Assembly (NCBI GenBank): GCA_000175855.1
Contig: ACYB01000006.1
Span: 1-32,000, forward strand
Direction of reading: 5' to 3'
DNA: 32,000 nt
Source of the DNA: Raphidiopsis brookii D9
Lineage (GTDB): Bacteria; Cyanobacteriota; Cyanobacteriia; Cyanobacteriales; Nostocaceae
Shown: piece by piece, positions 1 to 9,404 of the stretch
Position numbering within the stretch: position 1 is the stretch's first letter
Layout: each line of letters opens with the position of its first letter
Notes under the pieces: generated by a model
Databases searched by the model: none
Told to the model about the DNA's origin: nothing
What the model saw: only the letters and a program-made list of their open reading frames with translations
Translations under genes and position numbers: made by a program

Positions 1-540
1 TTGGGGGGATCCAATCCTATTTAACACGCCACAGAAAAACACCCTTCTCTCCCAGGATTTTTTGGAGAATGGTAAAAAAGTGCGATCTCGCGTAGCGAGT
101 GCTTTGCAAACGCACTGGGAGTAATTTGTAAATGTGGTGGATATTCCCTTACCTCCCCTTTCTCAAGGGAATTTTATCAAGGTCATTGAGTGCGATCGCT
201 CGTAGGGAGTGGTTCCCCAATAAACTTCCCTGATTGTTCTCAAGGGAAAATTTGAAGGGGGTTAACAGGACTATCTCCCATAGTGACTGCAGTGCGATCT
301 CGCATGGTGAGTGCTTCGCAAACGCTTTCCCCTAGTTATTCTCAAGGGAATGGGGGCGGTTAAAAAGGCGATCGCAATTTTGGAGAATGAAAATGTGGGG
401 AGGATAGTTTTAACGGGGGTTAAGGGCGATCAGTGCTGCGAGTGCTTGGTAAATCCACTTCGTTCTGGAGATCTTAAATAAATACTCACTCAATAAGGTC
501 TAAGCTCTTTGGATCCCCCCAACCCCCCTTACCAGAGCCT
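1..540. repeat. Intergenic region of degenerate dispersed repeats: HIP1-like palindromic elements (about 82-117, 189-218, 292-325) and GGATCCCCCCAACCCCCC-type G/C-run motifs
   Basis: Read directly: 'GTGCGATCTCGCGTAGCGAGTGCTTTGCAAACGCAC', 'GTGCGATCGCTCGTAGGGAGTGGTTCCCC' and 'GTGCGATCTCGCATGGTGAGTGCTTCGCAAACGC'; 'TTCTCAAGGGAA'-like motif recurs about three times; no ORF of 60 aa or more. Confidence 0.8.
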
Positions 541-551
541 TTTTACCATCA

Positions 552-1565
552 TTTTTGGGCTGGTTTTTAATATTAATTAATCCGAAATTACGAAAAAAAG
601 GCGCGATCGCTGTGTGGAAAAGGGTTTTGAAAAAATCATTTTGCAATTTACCACCGACTTTGAAAACGCCCTGCTTAAAAAGGGGGGCTAAATGCTTTAT
701 GTTTAGCTTAGTAGAGGTTAGAGCTGCTTATATTATAATAAATGGGGTAAGTGCTAGGGAGGAAAGAAAAACTATAGTTTTAACGGGGGTTAATAGGGCG
801 CGTGCATTCACTATGCTATACATTAACGGAATTCACAATATAAATATTTTTACACATCATGTTTAATCTAAAAGCCCCCCTTTTTAAGGGGGTTGGGGGG
901 AATCCAATGCTATTAAACACTCCCACAGAAAAAACACTCTTCTCCCCCAGGGCGTTTTCATTCTCCAAAATTGCGATCGCCAGAACCTTTTTACCATCAA
1001 TTTTTGGGCTGGTTTTTAATATTAATTAATCCGAAATTACGAAAAAAAGGCGCGATCGCTGTGTGGAAAAGGGTTTTGAAAAAATCATTTTGCAATTTAC
1101 CACCGACTTTGAAAACGCCCTGCTTAAAAAGGGGGGCTAAATGCTTTATGTTTAGCTTAGTAGAGGTTAGAGCTGCTTATATTATAATAAATGGGGTAAG
1201 TGCTAGGGAGGAAAGAAAAACTATAGTTTTAACGGGGGTTAATAGGGCGCGTGCATTCACTATGCTATACATTAACGGAATTCACAATATAAATATTTTT
1301 ACACATCATGTTTAATCTAAAAGCCCCCCTTTTTAAGGGGGTTGGGGGGGATCCAATGCTATTAAACACTCCCACAGAAAAAACACTCTTCTCCCCCAGG
1401 GCGTTTTCATTCTCCAAAATTGCGATCGCCAGAACCTTTTTACCATCAATGTTTGGGCTGGTTTTTAATATTAATTAATCCAAAATTACGAAAAAAAGGC
1501 GCGATCGCTCTGTGGAAAAGGGTTTTGAAAAAATCATTTTGCAATTTACCACCGACTTTGAAAAC
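552..1565. repeat. Direct tandem repeat with 449-bp period, about 2.26 copies (approx. 552-1000, 1001-1449, 1450-1565)
   Basis: 'GGGCTGGTTTTTAATATTAATTAATCC' starts at 557, 1006 and 1455; ORF-track stops at 866 and 1315 and starts at 971 and 1420 are also 449 bp apart; copies nearly identical. Confidence 0.95.
674..888. repeat. Inverted-repeat-bounded segment: perfect 16-bp arms CTTAAAAAGGGGGGCT (674-689) and AGCCCCCCTTTTTAAG (873-888), duplicated at 1123-1138 and 1322-1337
   Basis: Arms are exact reverse complements; possible MITE-like unit of about 215 bp inside each 449-bp repeat. Confidence 0.7.
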
Positions 1566-1802
1566 ACCTATCCTATTCAACTCCCAGCATTTGCATTCGT
1601 TTTAGCTCAAGTGTTTTAACTGGAGTTTAGACTGAGGAGCGATCGCCTTTCTCCAATGCTTAATAAAACGTAATAAAAACAAGCAAGTAAAATGCTTGCC
1701 AAGTAGATTCGGGTAGTGTTATGCTCATACAGCATCATTATCTGACTAAGTTTATAACATTTTAACTCTATAACATTCAGACAAATTAAAGAAAGGAATA
1801 AA

Positions 1803-4800
1803 ATGACCTTCACATCAGGACAGTTACAAATTGTCAGAAATAGCCAAGACGAAAAAACTCGTGTGGAAGCATTACGGCAATTGTTAGGATATCCGGTGAA
1901 AGAACTGGATCGGGAAGGTTCACGGTTTTGGTATTTACGTCCTGGTAATGATGAAGAGGAAGCAGCGGAAACTTGCCCTATTGCAGTGGGCTTTTATGAG
2001 GAACTGGTGGATGTAACAGACTCAGAAGCCAGGAAATTTTTGACTGCTCAACAACAGCAATGGGAAATTTACGGACACTATATTAATCGTTTTGCAGAAC
2101 AGCAGCCAGTAATGTATTTGCTATTACCCATATTACCCAGTAAAAAGGCATCTGGCAGAGTATCTTTAATACTTCCCGGTGAGGGTAAATTACGTCAAGG
2201 GCAAATTCAAACTTTTAATTGGGATGATAACCAACTACTTTCACGACTAAAGAGATTGAGACAGGATGAGTTATCTATTGCTAGTAAAGCAATGATGTCT
2301 ATCCCTTTGGTGGAATGGGTATTTTATGAGCCGATTAATACTGCTCAAGAGTTAGCCAAACAATTAGCAGCAGCAGCTCGTAGTATTGAAGAAGCCATAC
2401 CCAAAGTTTACGACCAAGAACCAGAACAGGGGTATTTACATAAATTACTCAAAAGTTTTAAAAGGGAATTATTACCTTCCCTCAAACTGAGTTCAGATAG
2501 TGAAAAAGATTACAGTTTTGCTGATATTTATGCCCAAACTATAGCTTATGCTTTATTCACTGCTAGAGTGTTTGGATATGTGAGAGATAGGAGAGAAGGA
2601 AGGGTAAATAAACCCACATATTTTAACCGAGATACAGCTTGGCAACAATTACCAGAAACTAATCCATTTCTGCGTCAATTATTTCAAGATGTTTCAGAAC
2701 GCCAAGCTGGGGAATTAGGTGAGGAATTAATAGCAGCAATTTCTGATATTTTCGCTATCCTCCGTGCAACTAAAATGGATGCGATTTTGTCAGATTTTGA
2801 CATGAAAATGAACCGAGAAGATATTGTGATTAGGTTCTATGAAGATTTTTTAGCAACATATAAACCCCAAATGCGAGAACGTCGGGGGGTTTATTACACA
2901 CCCGAACCCGTGGTTTCTTACATGGTGCGTTCTGTAGATATTTTGGTGAAAGAAAAGTTTAATAAACCTTTGGGTTTAGCAGATCCAACAGTGACGATTC
3001 TTGACCCTGCTTGTGGTACGGGTACGTTTCTATTATATATTTTTCAACTTATCTATCAACGGTTTCAGGAGTCACCTGCAGCACTGACGGAAGGCTTAGT
3101 TGATAAGTCTTGGTCCGGGTATGTTAAGGAAAGGTTATTACCAAGAATATTTGGTTTTGAATTGTTGATGTCTCCCTATGCTATTTGTCATTTAAAATTA
3201 GGGTTATTTTTAGAGGAGACAGGGTATCAGTTTGATAATAATCAAAGGTTAGGAATTTACTTGATTAATACTTTAGAGGATATTAAGTTAAGGGAAGAAA
3301 CCCAGCAATTAAGTTTAAATATCCCCCAGATGGAACAATTAATTGCTGAAGAGGCGAAAGCGGGAGCTAGGATTAAAAAGCAAGAACCAATTATGGTAGT
3401 GATTGGTAATCCTCCCTATTCAGGACATTCGGAAAATAACAATCCTTGGATTAAGGGATTAGTCAATAGTTATTACTTTGTAGATGGTAAACCATTGGGT
3501 GAAAGAAATCCTAAATATTTACAGGATGATTATGTTAAATTTATTCGTTTTGGTCAGTGGAGAATTGATGAATCAGGTCAAGGGATATTAGCTTTTATTA
3601 CTAATCACGGATTTTTAGATAACCCCACATTTAGGGGAATGCGTCAGCATTTGATGAATAGTTTCCATGGCATTTACATATATGATTTACACGGAAATAG
3701 CAAGAAAAAGGAAACTGATATTGATGGAGGCAAGGATGAAAATGTGTTTGATATTCAGCAAGGAGTAAGTATTACTTTAGCTGTTAAGAGTGGAGATAAA
3801 TACATTAATTATTCTGATTTATACGGTTCAAAGACATATAAATATGATGTATTGAATGAGAGTACATTTAATAGTACTAAGTTTATCAAATTAAAACCTC
3901 AATCCGAGTTTTACTTACTAATTAAACAAGATAGTAATCTATCAACAGAATATGAAGATTATCCTAAGATAAATCAGGTAATACCCTTTTATTCTACAGG
4001 AATTAAAACCCATCGAGATCATTTTGTATTTGATTTTGATTACAAAAACTTGTACCATAGAATTAGAGATTTTAGAGATTTAATTATTGGTCACGAAGAT
4101 CTTGTTAAGAAATATAGTTTAACAGATACAAAAGATTGGAAAATAACTGCAAAACGGGAATCTTTAGCATCTAATCTTGATTGGCAAAACTACTTTACCA
4201 AATGTGTTTATCGACCATTTGATCTCCGTGAATATTATCATCATGAAGATGCTGTTGATCGGCCCAGAAATAATATAATGTCTCATTTAATTAGGTCTAG
4301 TAATGTTGCTCTAGTTCTTGCTAGACAACAATCACAACAGGGTAATTGGCGATTGGTCATGGTGACAAACTTTCTAACAGAATGTTGTTCAATTTCCAAC
4401 AAAACTAAGGAAACTGGCTATATTTTTCCCCTTTACCTATACCCCGACACAAATCAACCTCAAGAACTGCAACAAAAAAAACGCCCCAACTTTTCAGAAG
4501 AATTCCTCAAAAAAATAGAAATAAACCTGGGTTATCTCCCCACACCAGAAACCATATTCTACTATATCTATGCCATCTTCCACTCCCCCACCTACCGCAC
4601 GAGATATGCCGAATTTCTGAAAATAGACTTCCCCCGCGTTCCCCTCACTAGAAACAATAACCTATTTTGTCAACTTGCAGAATGTGGAGAACAATTAGTA
4701 GCCCTGCACCTCATGAAATCACCCAAATTAAATAACCTTATCACCCAATTTACCCCAAATGGAGGTAATTCAATAGTAGATGCGGGATATCCTAAATATA

Positions 4801-5039
4801 CCCAAAATGCAGTATTCATCAACAAAAAAGGTGACAAATTTGTGGGAGTACCCGAAGAAGTTTGGAACTTTTATATAGGAGGTTATCAAGTTGGTCAAAA
4901 ATGGCTCAAGGATCGTAAGGGACGCACCCTAAGTGATGATGATATCCAACACTACCAGAAAATTGTGGTAGCACTCCAGCAAACCATAGCCACTATGACC
5001 AGTATTGACACAGTAATTCCAGAATGGCCCATTTACTAA
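1803..5039 (+). CDS. N6-adenine DNA methyltransferase with C-terminal target recognition region, type ISP/type II-like, no helicase or nuclease domain recognised
   Basis: SAM-binding motif 'ILDPACGTGTFLLYIF' and catalytic 'VIGNPPYSG' (NPPY); upstream 'RRGVYYTPEPVVSYMV' typical of this family; long C-terminal region. Confidence 0.85.
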   Translation: MTFTSGQLQIVRNSQDEKTRVEALRQLLGYPVKELDREGSRFWYLRPGNDEEEAAETCPIAVGFYEELVDVTDSEARKFLTAQQQQWEIYGHYINRFAEQQPVMYLLLPILPSKKASGRVSLILPGEGKLRQGQIQTFNWDDNQLLSRLKRLRQDELSIASKAMMSIPLVEWVFYEPINTAQELAKQLAAAARSIEEAIPKVYDQEPEQGYLHKLLKSFKRELLPSLKLSSDSEKDYSFADIYAQTIAYALFTARVFGYVRDRREGRVNKPTYFNRDTAWQQLPETNPFLRQLFQDVSERQAGELGEELIAAISDIFAILRATKMDAILSDFDMKMNREDIVIRFYEDFLATYKPQMRERRGVYYTPEPVVSYMVRSVDILVKEKFNKPLGLADPTVTILDPACGTGTFLLYIFQLIYQRFQESPAALTEGLVDKSWSGYVKERLLPRIFGFELLMSPYAICHLKLGLFLEETGYQFDNNQRLGIYLINTLEDIKLREETQQLSLNIPQMEQLIAEEAKAGARIKKQEPIMVVIGNPPYSGHSENNNPWIKGLVNSYYFVDGKPLGERNPKYLQDDYVKFIRFGQWRIDESGQGILAFITNHGFLDNPTFRGMRQHLMNSFHGIYIYDLHGNSKKKETDIDGGKDENVFDIQQGVSITLAVKSGDKYINYSDLYGSKTYKYDVLNESTFNSTKFIKLKPQSEFYLLIKQDSNLSTEYEDYPKINQVIPFYSTGIKTHRDHFVFDFDYKNLYHRIRDFRDLIIGHEDLVKKYSLTDTKDWKITAKRESLASNLDWQNYFTKCVYRPFDLREYYHHEDAVDRPRNNIMSHLIRSSNVALVLARQQSQQGNWRLVMVTNFLTECCSISNKTKETGYIFPLYLYPDTNQPQELQQKKRPNFSEEFLKKIEINLGYLPTPETIFYYIYAIFHSPTYRTRYAEFLKIDFPRVPLTRNNNLFCQLAECGEQLVALHLMKSPKLNNLITQFTPNGGNSIVDAGYPKYTQNAVFINKKGDKFVGVPEEVWNFYIGGYQVGQKWLKDRKGRTLSDDDIQHYQKIVVALQQTIATMTSIDTVIPEWPIY

Positions 5040-5049
5040 ATAACTAACC

Positions 5050-5208
5050 ATGATAGAAAACTACATCCAACAGCTGATACGTAAACAACGACCTTACTAC
5101 CTTATCCAAGGTACACCCATCAAAGGTGTAAATAATCAGTATTGGGTAGTTTTCAAACATCGAGATTCACATAACCTCCTGCATAAGGAATTAAATCTAC
5201 CAGTCTAG
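5050..5208 (+). CDS. Possible small ORF, 52 aa (MIENYIQQLIRKQRPYYLIQGTPIKGVNNQYWVVFKHRDSHNLLHKELNLPV), below the ORF-track cut-off
   Basis: ATG at 5050, 10 bp after the methyltransferase stop, same strand, open to TAG at 5206-5208. Confidence 0.4.
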   Translation: MIENYIQQLIRKQRPYYLIQGTPIKGVNNQYWVVFKHRDSHNLLHKELNLPV

Positions 5209-5288
5209 AGATTTCTTTAGCAGCACTTTTGTTGAGGGCATAAATTAGCGATCGCTCTCTCCCAGTCCTCATAGAGGAGTCCCAAGCT

Positions 5289-5312
5289 CACACTCACCCG
5301 AAGGGAAGTGTG
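5289..5312. terminator. Imperfect hairpin between the methyltransferase region and the coaE stop
   Basis: CACACT..CCC GAA GGG..AGTGTG; 6-bp outer stem and 3-bp inner stem; no clear T tract. Confidence 0.35.
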
Positions 5313-5324
5313 TGGAGTATGTCA

Positions 5325-5912
5325 CTAGAACCTAGATATATTCAGATCCACCTGGTGCAACAGTGATTCTAGATCAGAAGAATTGTCTAAAACAACATCC
5401 GCACGAGTAACTTTTTGCTCTAATGGTAATTGACTGTTAATTCTTGCTATTGCTTGTGCTTCAGTTAAATCATTCCGACTCATTAGTCGTTGTTTTTGTA
5501 TTTCACCTTCACAATACACAACCCAAATCTCACTAACTAGATTCTCTAAACCTGCTTCAAATAAAAGGGGAATCACCAAAACTAAGGTCTCATGCGGTGA
5601 CCCCTCAATAGTTTTTAAAAAACAATTCCTGACATAAGGATGAATCAAATTTTCCACCCAGGAGCGTTCAGAGGATTGATTAAAAATAATTTCTGCCAAT
5701 TTTTTCCGATTTAAACTCCCATCTGTGAGCAAAATCTCTTCACCATAACGTTCTGCAATCTCTCCAAGAATTACTGAATCCTTCCCTACTGCATCTCTGG
5801 CATAAATATCCGCATCTAAAATAGGTAACTTGTATACACTTGCTAAATAATTAGCCACAGTACTTTTACCCGTAGCAATGCCCCCTGTTAAACCAATTAA
5901 TCTTTTTGTCAT
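5325..5912 (-). CDS. coaE: Dephospho-CoA kinase
   Basis: P-loop 'LIGLTGGIATGKSTVANYL', 'DADIYARDAV' and length 195 aa typical of CoaE. Confidence 0.95.
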   Translation of the reverse strand: MTKRLIGLTGGIATGKSTVANYLASVYKLPILDADIYARDAVGKDSVILGEIAERYGEEILLTDGSLNRKKLAEIIFNQSSERSWVENLIHPYVRNCFLKTIEGSPHETLVLVIPLLFEAGLENLVSEIWVVYCEGEIQKQRLMSRNDLTEAQAIARINSQLPLEQKVTRADVVLDNSSDLESLLHQVDLNISRF

Positions 5913-5973
5913 GAAAATTGAGTATATCTACTTACCACATAAAGTTTACCACCACACCTAAATCTGACCAAGT

Positions 5974-7422
5974 CTAATTACGACAAATTTGATTGACCAA
6001 ATTACCATCCTTATCTACTAATTCTATAACTAAAGGCATTTTACCAAAAGCGTGGGTAGAACAACTTAAGCAGGGATCAAATGCCCGGATACCAGCCTCA
6101 ACCCGATTTAACATCCCCTCTTGAATCTGACTACCCTGAATAAAATGACGAGCAATTTGAGCAACTGTACGATTCATTGCCAGATTATTTTGACCAGTAG
6201 CAATAATCAAATTCACCTTTTGGATTAAACCATTTTCATCAATACGATAATGATGGAATAAGGTTCCCCTTGGTGCTTCACTTACCCCCACTGCTTCTAA
6301 TCGGTTAATTCCAGCTGCTGCTCGTAGACGGGTTGATAAAATATCAGGGTCATCCAATAAAATTTCTATGTGTTCAACAGAAGCCAAAATTTCAATTAAC
6401 CGCGCATAATGATAAAAGAAAGAAGATTTCACAGTTCCACTACCATAAGTGCGAAATTCCCTTAGTTCCTGATCTGCTAATGGAGTGCCAATTTGACTAC
6501 AAATATTCAATCTAGCTAGAGGTCCAACCCGATACATTCCACTATCTAAACGACAATGATCTTTGCTATCGGGATAACCTAAAGGACGATAATAGGGAGA
6601 TTTCAAATAGGAATCTTCTTGCACTGCTTCACCGATAAATTCATGATAATTATCCGCCTCTAATTTATCAGCAACAATGTTTCCCCCACTATCTACAAAA
6701 CGTAAATGACCATCGTAGGTCTCCCATAAACCTTGAGGGGTTACTAGTCCCATAAACAAACTGGGGAAATTACCAAAAGTTTGGGCTTCTTTTTGATAGT
6801 TCTCCAGCAGCTTTTTAAATAAAGCTATGGCATTTAAAACCGTGGATTTAGCTTCGGGAATACGGTTTTGTATGTGGCTACGATTTTCTGTGGTGAGAGG
6901 GTCGCTAACCCCACCGGGAACGGCCCAAGCAGGATGGATTTTTTTGCCTCCTAATAATTCAATAATTTCCTGTCCAAATTGTCGTAATCGAATGCCACCT
7001 CTAGCTAATTCTGGATCGACGCCAATTAAACCAAAAACATTTCGTTTAGCTGGTTCGCTATCCATACCCAATAATAAATCTGGGGCACTGAGGTGAAAGA
7101 AACTCAAAGCATGGGATTGAATTATTTGCCCTAAATTCATGAGACGACGCAATTTTGTTGCCACTTCCGGAATGGTGACAGACAAGATTTTATCCCCCGT
7201 TTTTGCCGATGCTAATAAATGACTTACCGGACAAATTCCACAGATTCTAGCTGTAATTCCAGGCATTTCTGGAAAAGGACGACCAACACAAAACTTTTCA
7301 AACCCGCGAAATTCTGTTACGTGAAACCGTGCATCATCTACATGACCTTCATCGTCTAAGTAAATGCTAATTTTGGCGTGGCCTTCAATCCGGGTAACAG
7401 GGTCAATAACTATTTTTTTCAT
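5974..7422 (-). CDS. hoxH: Bidirectional [NiFe]-hydrogenase large subunit
   Basis: N-terminal '[10 protein letters not shown]' and C-terminal '[12 protein letters not shown]' nickel ligand motifs (RxCGxC and DPCxxCxxH) with a C-terminal extension expected to be cleaved. Confidence 0.97.
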   Translation of the reverse strand: MKKIVIDPVTRIEGHAKISIYLDDEGHVDDARFHVTEFRGFEKFCVGRPFPEMPGITARICGICPVSHLLASAKTGDKILSVTIPEVATKLRRLMNLGQIIQSHALSFFHLSAPDLLLGMDSEPAKRNVFGLIGVDPELARGGIRLRQFGQEIIELLGGKKIHPAWAVPGGVSDPLTTENRSHIQNRIPEAKSTVLNAIALFKKLLENYQKEAQTFGNFPSLFMGLVTPQGLWETYDGHLRFVDSGGNIVADKLEADNYHEFIGEAVQEDSYLKSPYYRPLGYPDSKDHCRLDSGMYRVGPLARLNICSQIGTPLADQELREFRTYGSGTVKSSFFYHYARLIEILASVEHIEILLDDPDILSTRLRAAAGINRLEAVGVSEAPRGTLFHHYRIDENGLIQKVNLIIATGQNNLAMNRTVAQIARHFIQGSQIQEGMLNRVEAGIRAFDPCLSCSTHAFGKMPLVIELVDKDGNLVNQICRN

Positions 7423-7443
7423 GGTTTTTTGCGTAACCTGGTT

Positions 7444-8061
7444 TTATAAATCGTACATTCTACTTTCTGGAAATTCTGGAAACTCATCACAAAACTCTTC
7501 AAATGCTGTTTTTGAAGGTTTCTCAACTCTTTGATGGGCAATTTCAGCTTGCATTTCTTCTATTACATCCCAAGCAGATGCGCATTCGGGTGAGTTAATA
7601 CCTTTGTTACTACAAACAATTCGTGCTTTTCTAATTTCATCTTGTAATTGCTGCTCCAAAAGAATTGTATGGGGTTTTTCTAGGGTGACACTTCCTACCA
7701 AAATATCTGTTAATGAGATTATTCCCATTAGTTCACCACTAATTACTGGAGCATGGTGGAGATTATATTGAGCAAATAATTTGGCCACATATTCTAAACC
7801 CAGTTCTGGATTAACTACTATACAAGGTTTAGTCATTATTTCATAAACACGGACTTTATTTGTTTCTTTACCATAAGCTATAATTTTATAAATGATGTCG
7901 CTTTCTGTGAGTATTCCATAAGCATCTTGTTCATGACGACGATCTACTATTAATACGCGCCAATCTCTAGCTTTCATTAAATCAATGGCTTCTTTTACAG
8001 TAGCAGAACTACGAATTGTTGCCACATCTTTAGTCATTACATCTGCTGCTTTTAACATCAT
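7444..8061 (-). CDS. CBS-domain-pair protein fused to a C-terminal CP12-like domain (CBS-CP12)
   Basis: N-terminus 'DVMTKDVATI...YGILTESDIIYKII...VYEIMTKPCIVV...LHHAPVISGELMGIISLTDIL' is a CBS pair; C-terminus 'LQDEIRKARIVCSNKGINSPECASAWDVIEEMQAEIAHQR...FEEFCDEFPEFPESRMYDL' follows the CP12 pattern. Confidence 0.9.
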   Translation of the reverse strand: MMLKAADVMTKDVATIRSSATVKEAIDLMKARDWRVLIVDRRHEQDAYGILTESDIIYKIIAYGKETNKVRVYEIMTKPCIVVNPELGLEYVAKLFAQYNLHHAPVISGELMGIISLTDILVGSVTLEKPHTILLEQQLQDEIRKARIVCSNKGINSPECASAWDVIEEMQAEIAHQRVEKPSKTAFEEFCDEFPEFPESRMYDL

Positions 8062-8075
8062 TTACCTCCATCAGG

Positions 8076-8621
8076 TTATCCAAATTTAATCATCTCTCGC
8101 CCTACCATGGGGGGTGTTTCTCCTCTTAATAATGGCTCTAATGTTGCTCTAATTCTTGTAGCTGAAGGTGGACAACCTGGTAAATAAATATCAACATCAA
8201 CTATGTTATGAACTGGAACAACTCGATCAATTAAAGGTGGTACAATTCCCGGTGAGTGGGGAATTTTTTGATTTACATCTGCTCCTTCTATATAGGCTAA
8301 TTGTAAACTTACGTTGGCAGTTCCTGTTAGATTGCGCATGGCAGTTACATTACCTGTAACTGCACAGTCTCCAAAGGAAATAATGGTTTTTGTCCTCTGT
8401 CTAATTTTGTGGATTAACTCTAAATGTTCTTCATTGGCGATCGCCCCTTCTACTAATACCACATCCACGCCTTCTGGATATTCTTTAATATCAGCAATGG
8501 GGCTATAAACTACATCTACCTGAGTGGCTAAATCTATTAACCATTCATCTAGGTCTAAAAATGACATGTGACACCCAGAACATCCACCTAACCATACGGT
8601 TGCTAATTTGATTTTATCCAT
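8076..8621 (-). CDS. hoxY: Bidirectional [NiFe]-hydrogenase small subunit
   Basis: 'WLGGCSGCHMSFLDLDEWL', 'GDCAVTGNV', 'PGCPPSATRI' cysteine motifs of HoxY; position in cluster. Confidence 0.96.
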   Translation of the reverse strand: MDKIKLATVWLGGCSGCHMSFLDLDEWLIDLATQVDVVYSPIADIKEYPEGVDVVLVEGAIANEEHLELIHKIRQRTKTIISFGDCAVTGNVTAMRNLTGTANVSLQLAYIEGADVNQKIPHSPGIVPPLIDRVVPVHNIVDVDIYLPGCPPSATRIRATLEPLLRGETPPMVGREMIKFG

Positions 8622-8663
8622 AATGTTTAACTGATAATATGTAAGATGCTAACCACTTAACCA

Positions 8664-9380
8664 CTAAAAGTTCCATTGTTGTTTTTCTCGCGCTGTAACC
8701 AAGAATTCTATTTTACCTCGATCATGTTTCATTTCTTCCACACTTACACCCTTAGTAAACAAAGCTCCTGTGGGACAAGCATTGACACATTTACCACAGG
8801 AAGTACAGGTGAGGGAAGTTCCCCAGGGTTGATTTAAATCCGTAATCAGATGGGATTTTGACCCCCTACCCGCCATATCCCAAGTATGGGCACCTTCGAT
8901 TTCATCACATACCCGCACACAGCGAGTACATAAAACGCAGCGATTGTGGTCAATGGCAAATCTCTCGTGGGAAGTATCAACGCTCCGCTGGGGAAACTGA
9001 TAAGCTAATCGCACGTGATCCATGCCCATTTCTATGGCTAAATCCTGTAATTCACAATTACCATTAGCTACACATACAGAACAGATATGATTCCCCTCTG
9101 CAAATAGCATTTCAATAATTGTTCTTCTATATCTTTGCAGGCGATCGCTTTTAGTTGTGACTTCCATCCCCTCAGAAACCTGAGTCACACAAGCGGGTAG
9201 AAGTTTATTCATCCCGGCAATTTCTACTAGACATAGACGACAAGCACCCACATCTCCCACCCCATCTAAATGACAAAGTGTAGGAATATGTATACCTGAC
9301 TCCTGAGCTGCTTCTAATAAGGTATTATGCTCATGAGCGCTGACCATTTGCCCATCAATTGTCAAAGTCTTTACTGTCAT
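8664..9380 (-). CDS. hoxU: Bidirectional hydrogenase diaphorase subunit, NuoG-like N-terminal Fe-S protein
   Basis: '[22 protein letters not shown]', '[13 protein letters not shown]', '[14 protein letters not shown]', '[16 protein letters not shown]'. Confidence 0.96.
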   Translation of the reverse strand: MTVKTLTIDGQMVSAHEHNTLLEAAQESGIHIPTLCHLDGVGDVGACRLCLVEIAGMNKLLPACVTQVSEGMEVTTKSDRLQRYRRTIIEMLFAEGNHICSVCVANGNCELQDLAIEMGMDHVRLAYQFPQRSVDTSHERFAIDHNRCVLCTRCVRVCDEIEGAHTWDMAGRGSKSHLITDLNQPWGTSLTCTSCGKCVNACPTGALFTKGVSVEEMKHDRGKIEFLVTAREKQQWNF

Positions 9381-9404
9381 AATGGTCTGATAATTGATTT
9401 GTTT

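Noticed and set aside
552-1565. CRISPR array
   Set aside because: The unit is 449 bp and directly tandem; no 25-37 bp repeats with unique spacers and no cas genes.
555-1605. ORFs of 103, 114 and 61 aa in the 449-bp repeat as novel small proteins
   Set aside because: They run across the G/C-run inverted repeat and a HIP1 site, no recognisable motif or RBS. The near-identity follows from nucleotide-level duplication, not from selection on protein.
1616-1813. Minus-strand 65-aa ORF upstream of the methyltransferase
   Set aside because: AT-rich, overlaps the methyltransferase start and has no recognisable domain. One hydrophobic stretch is not enough to call a gene.
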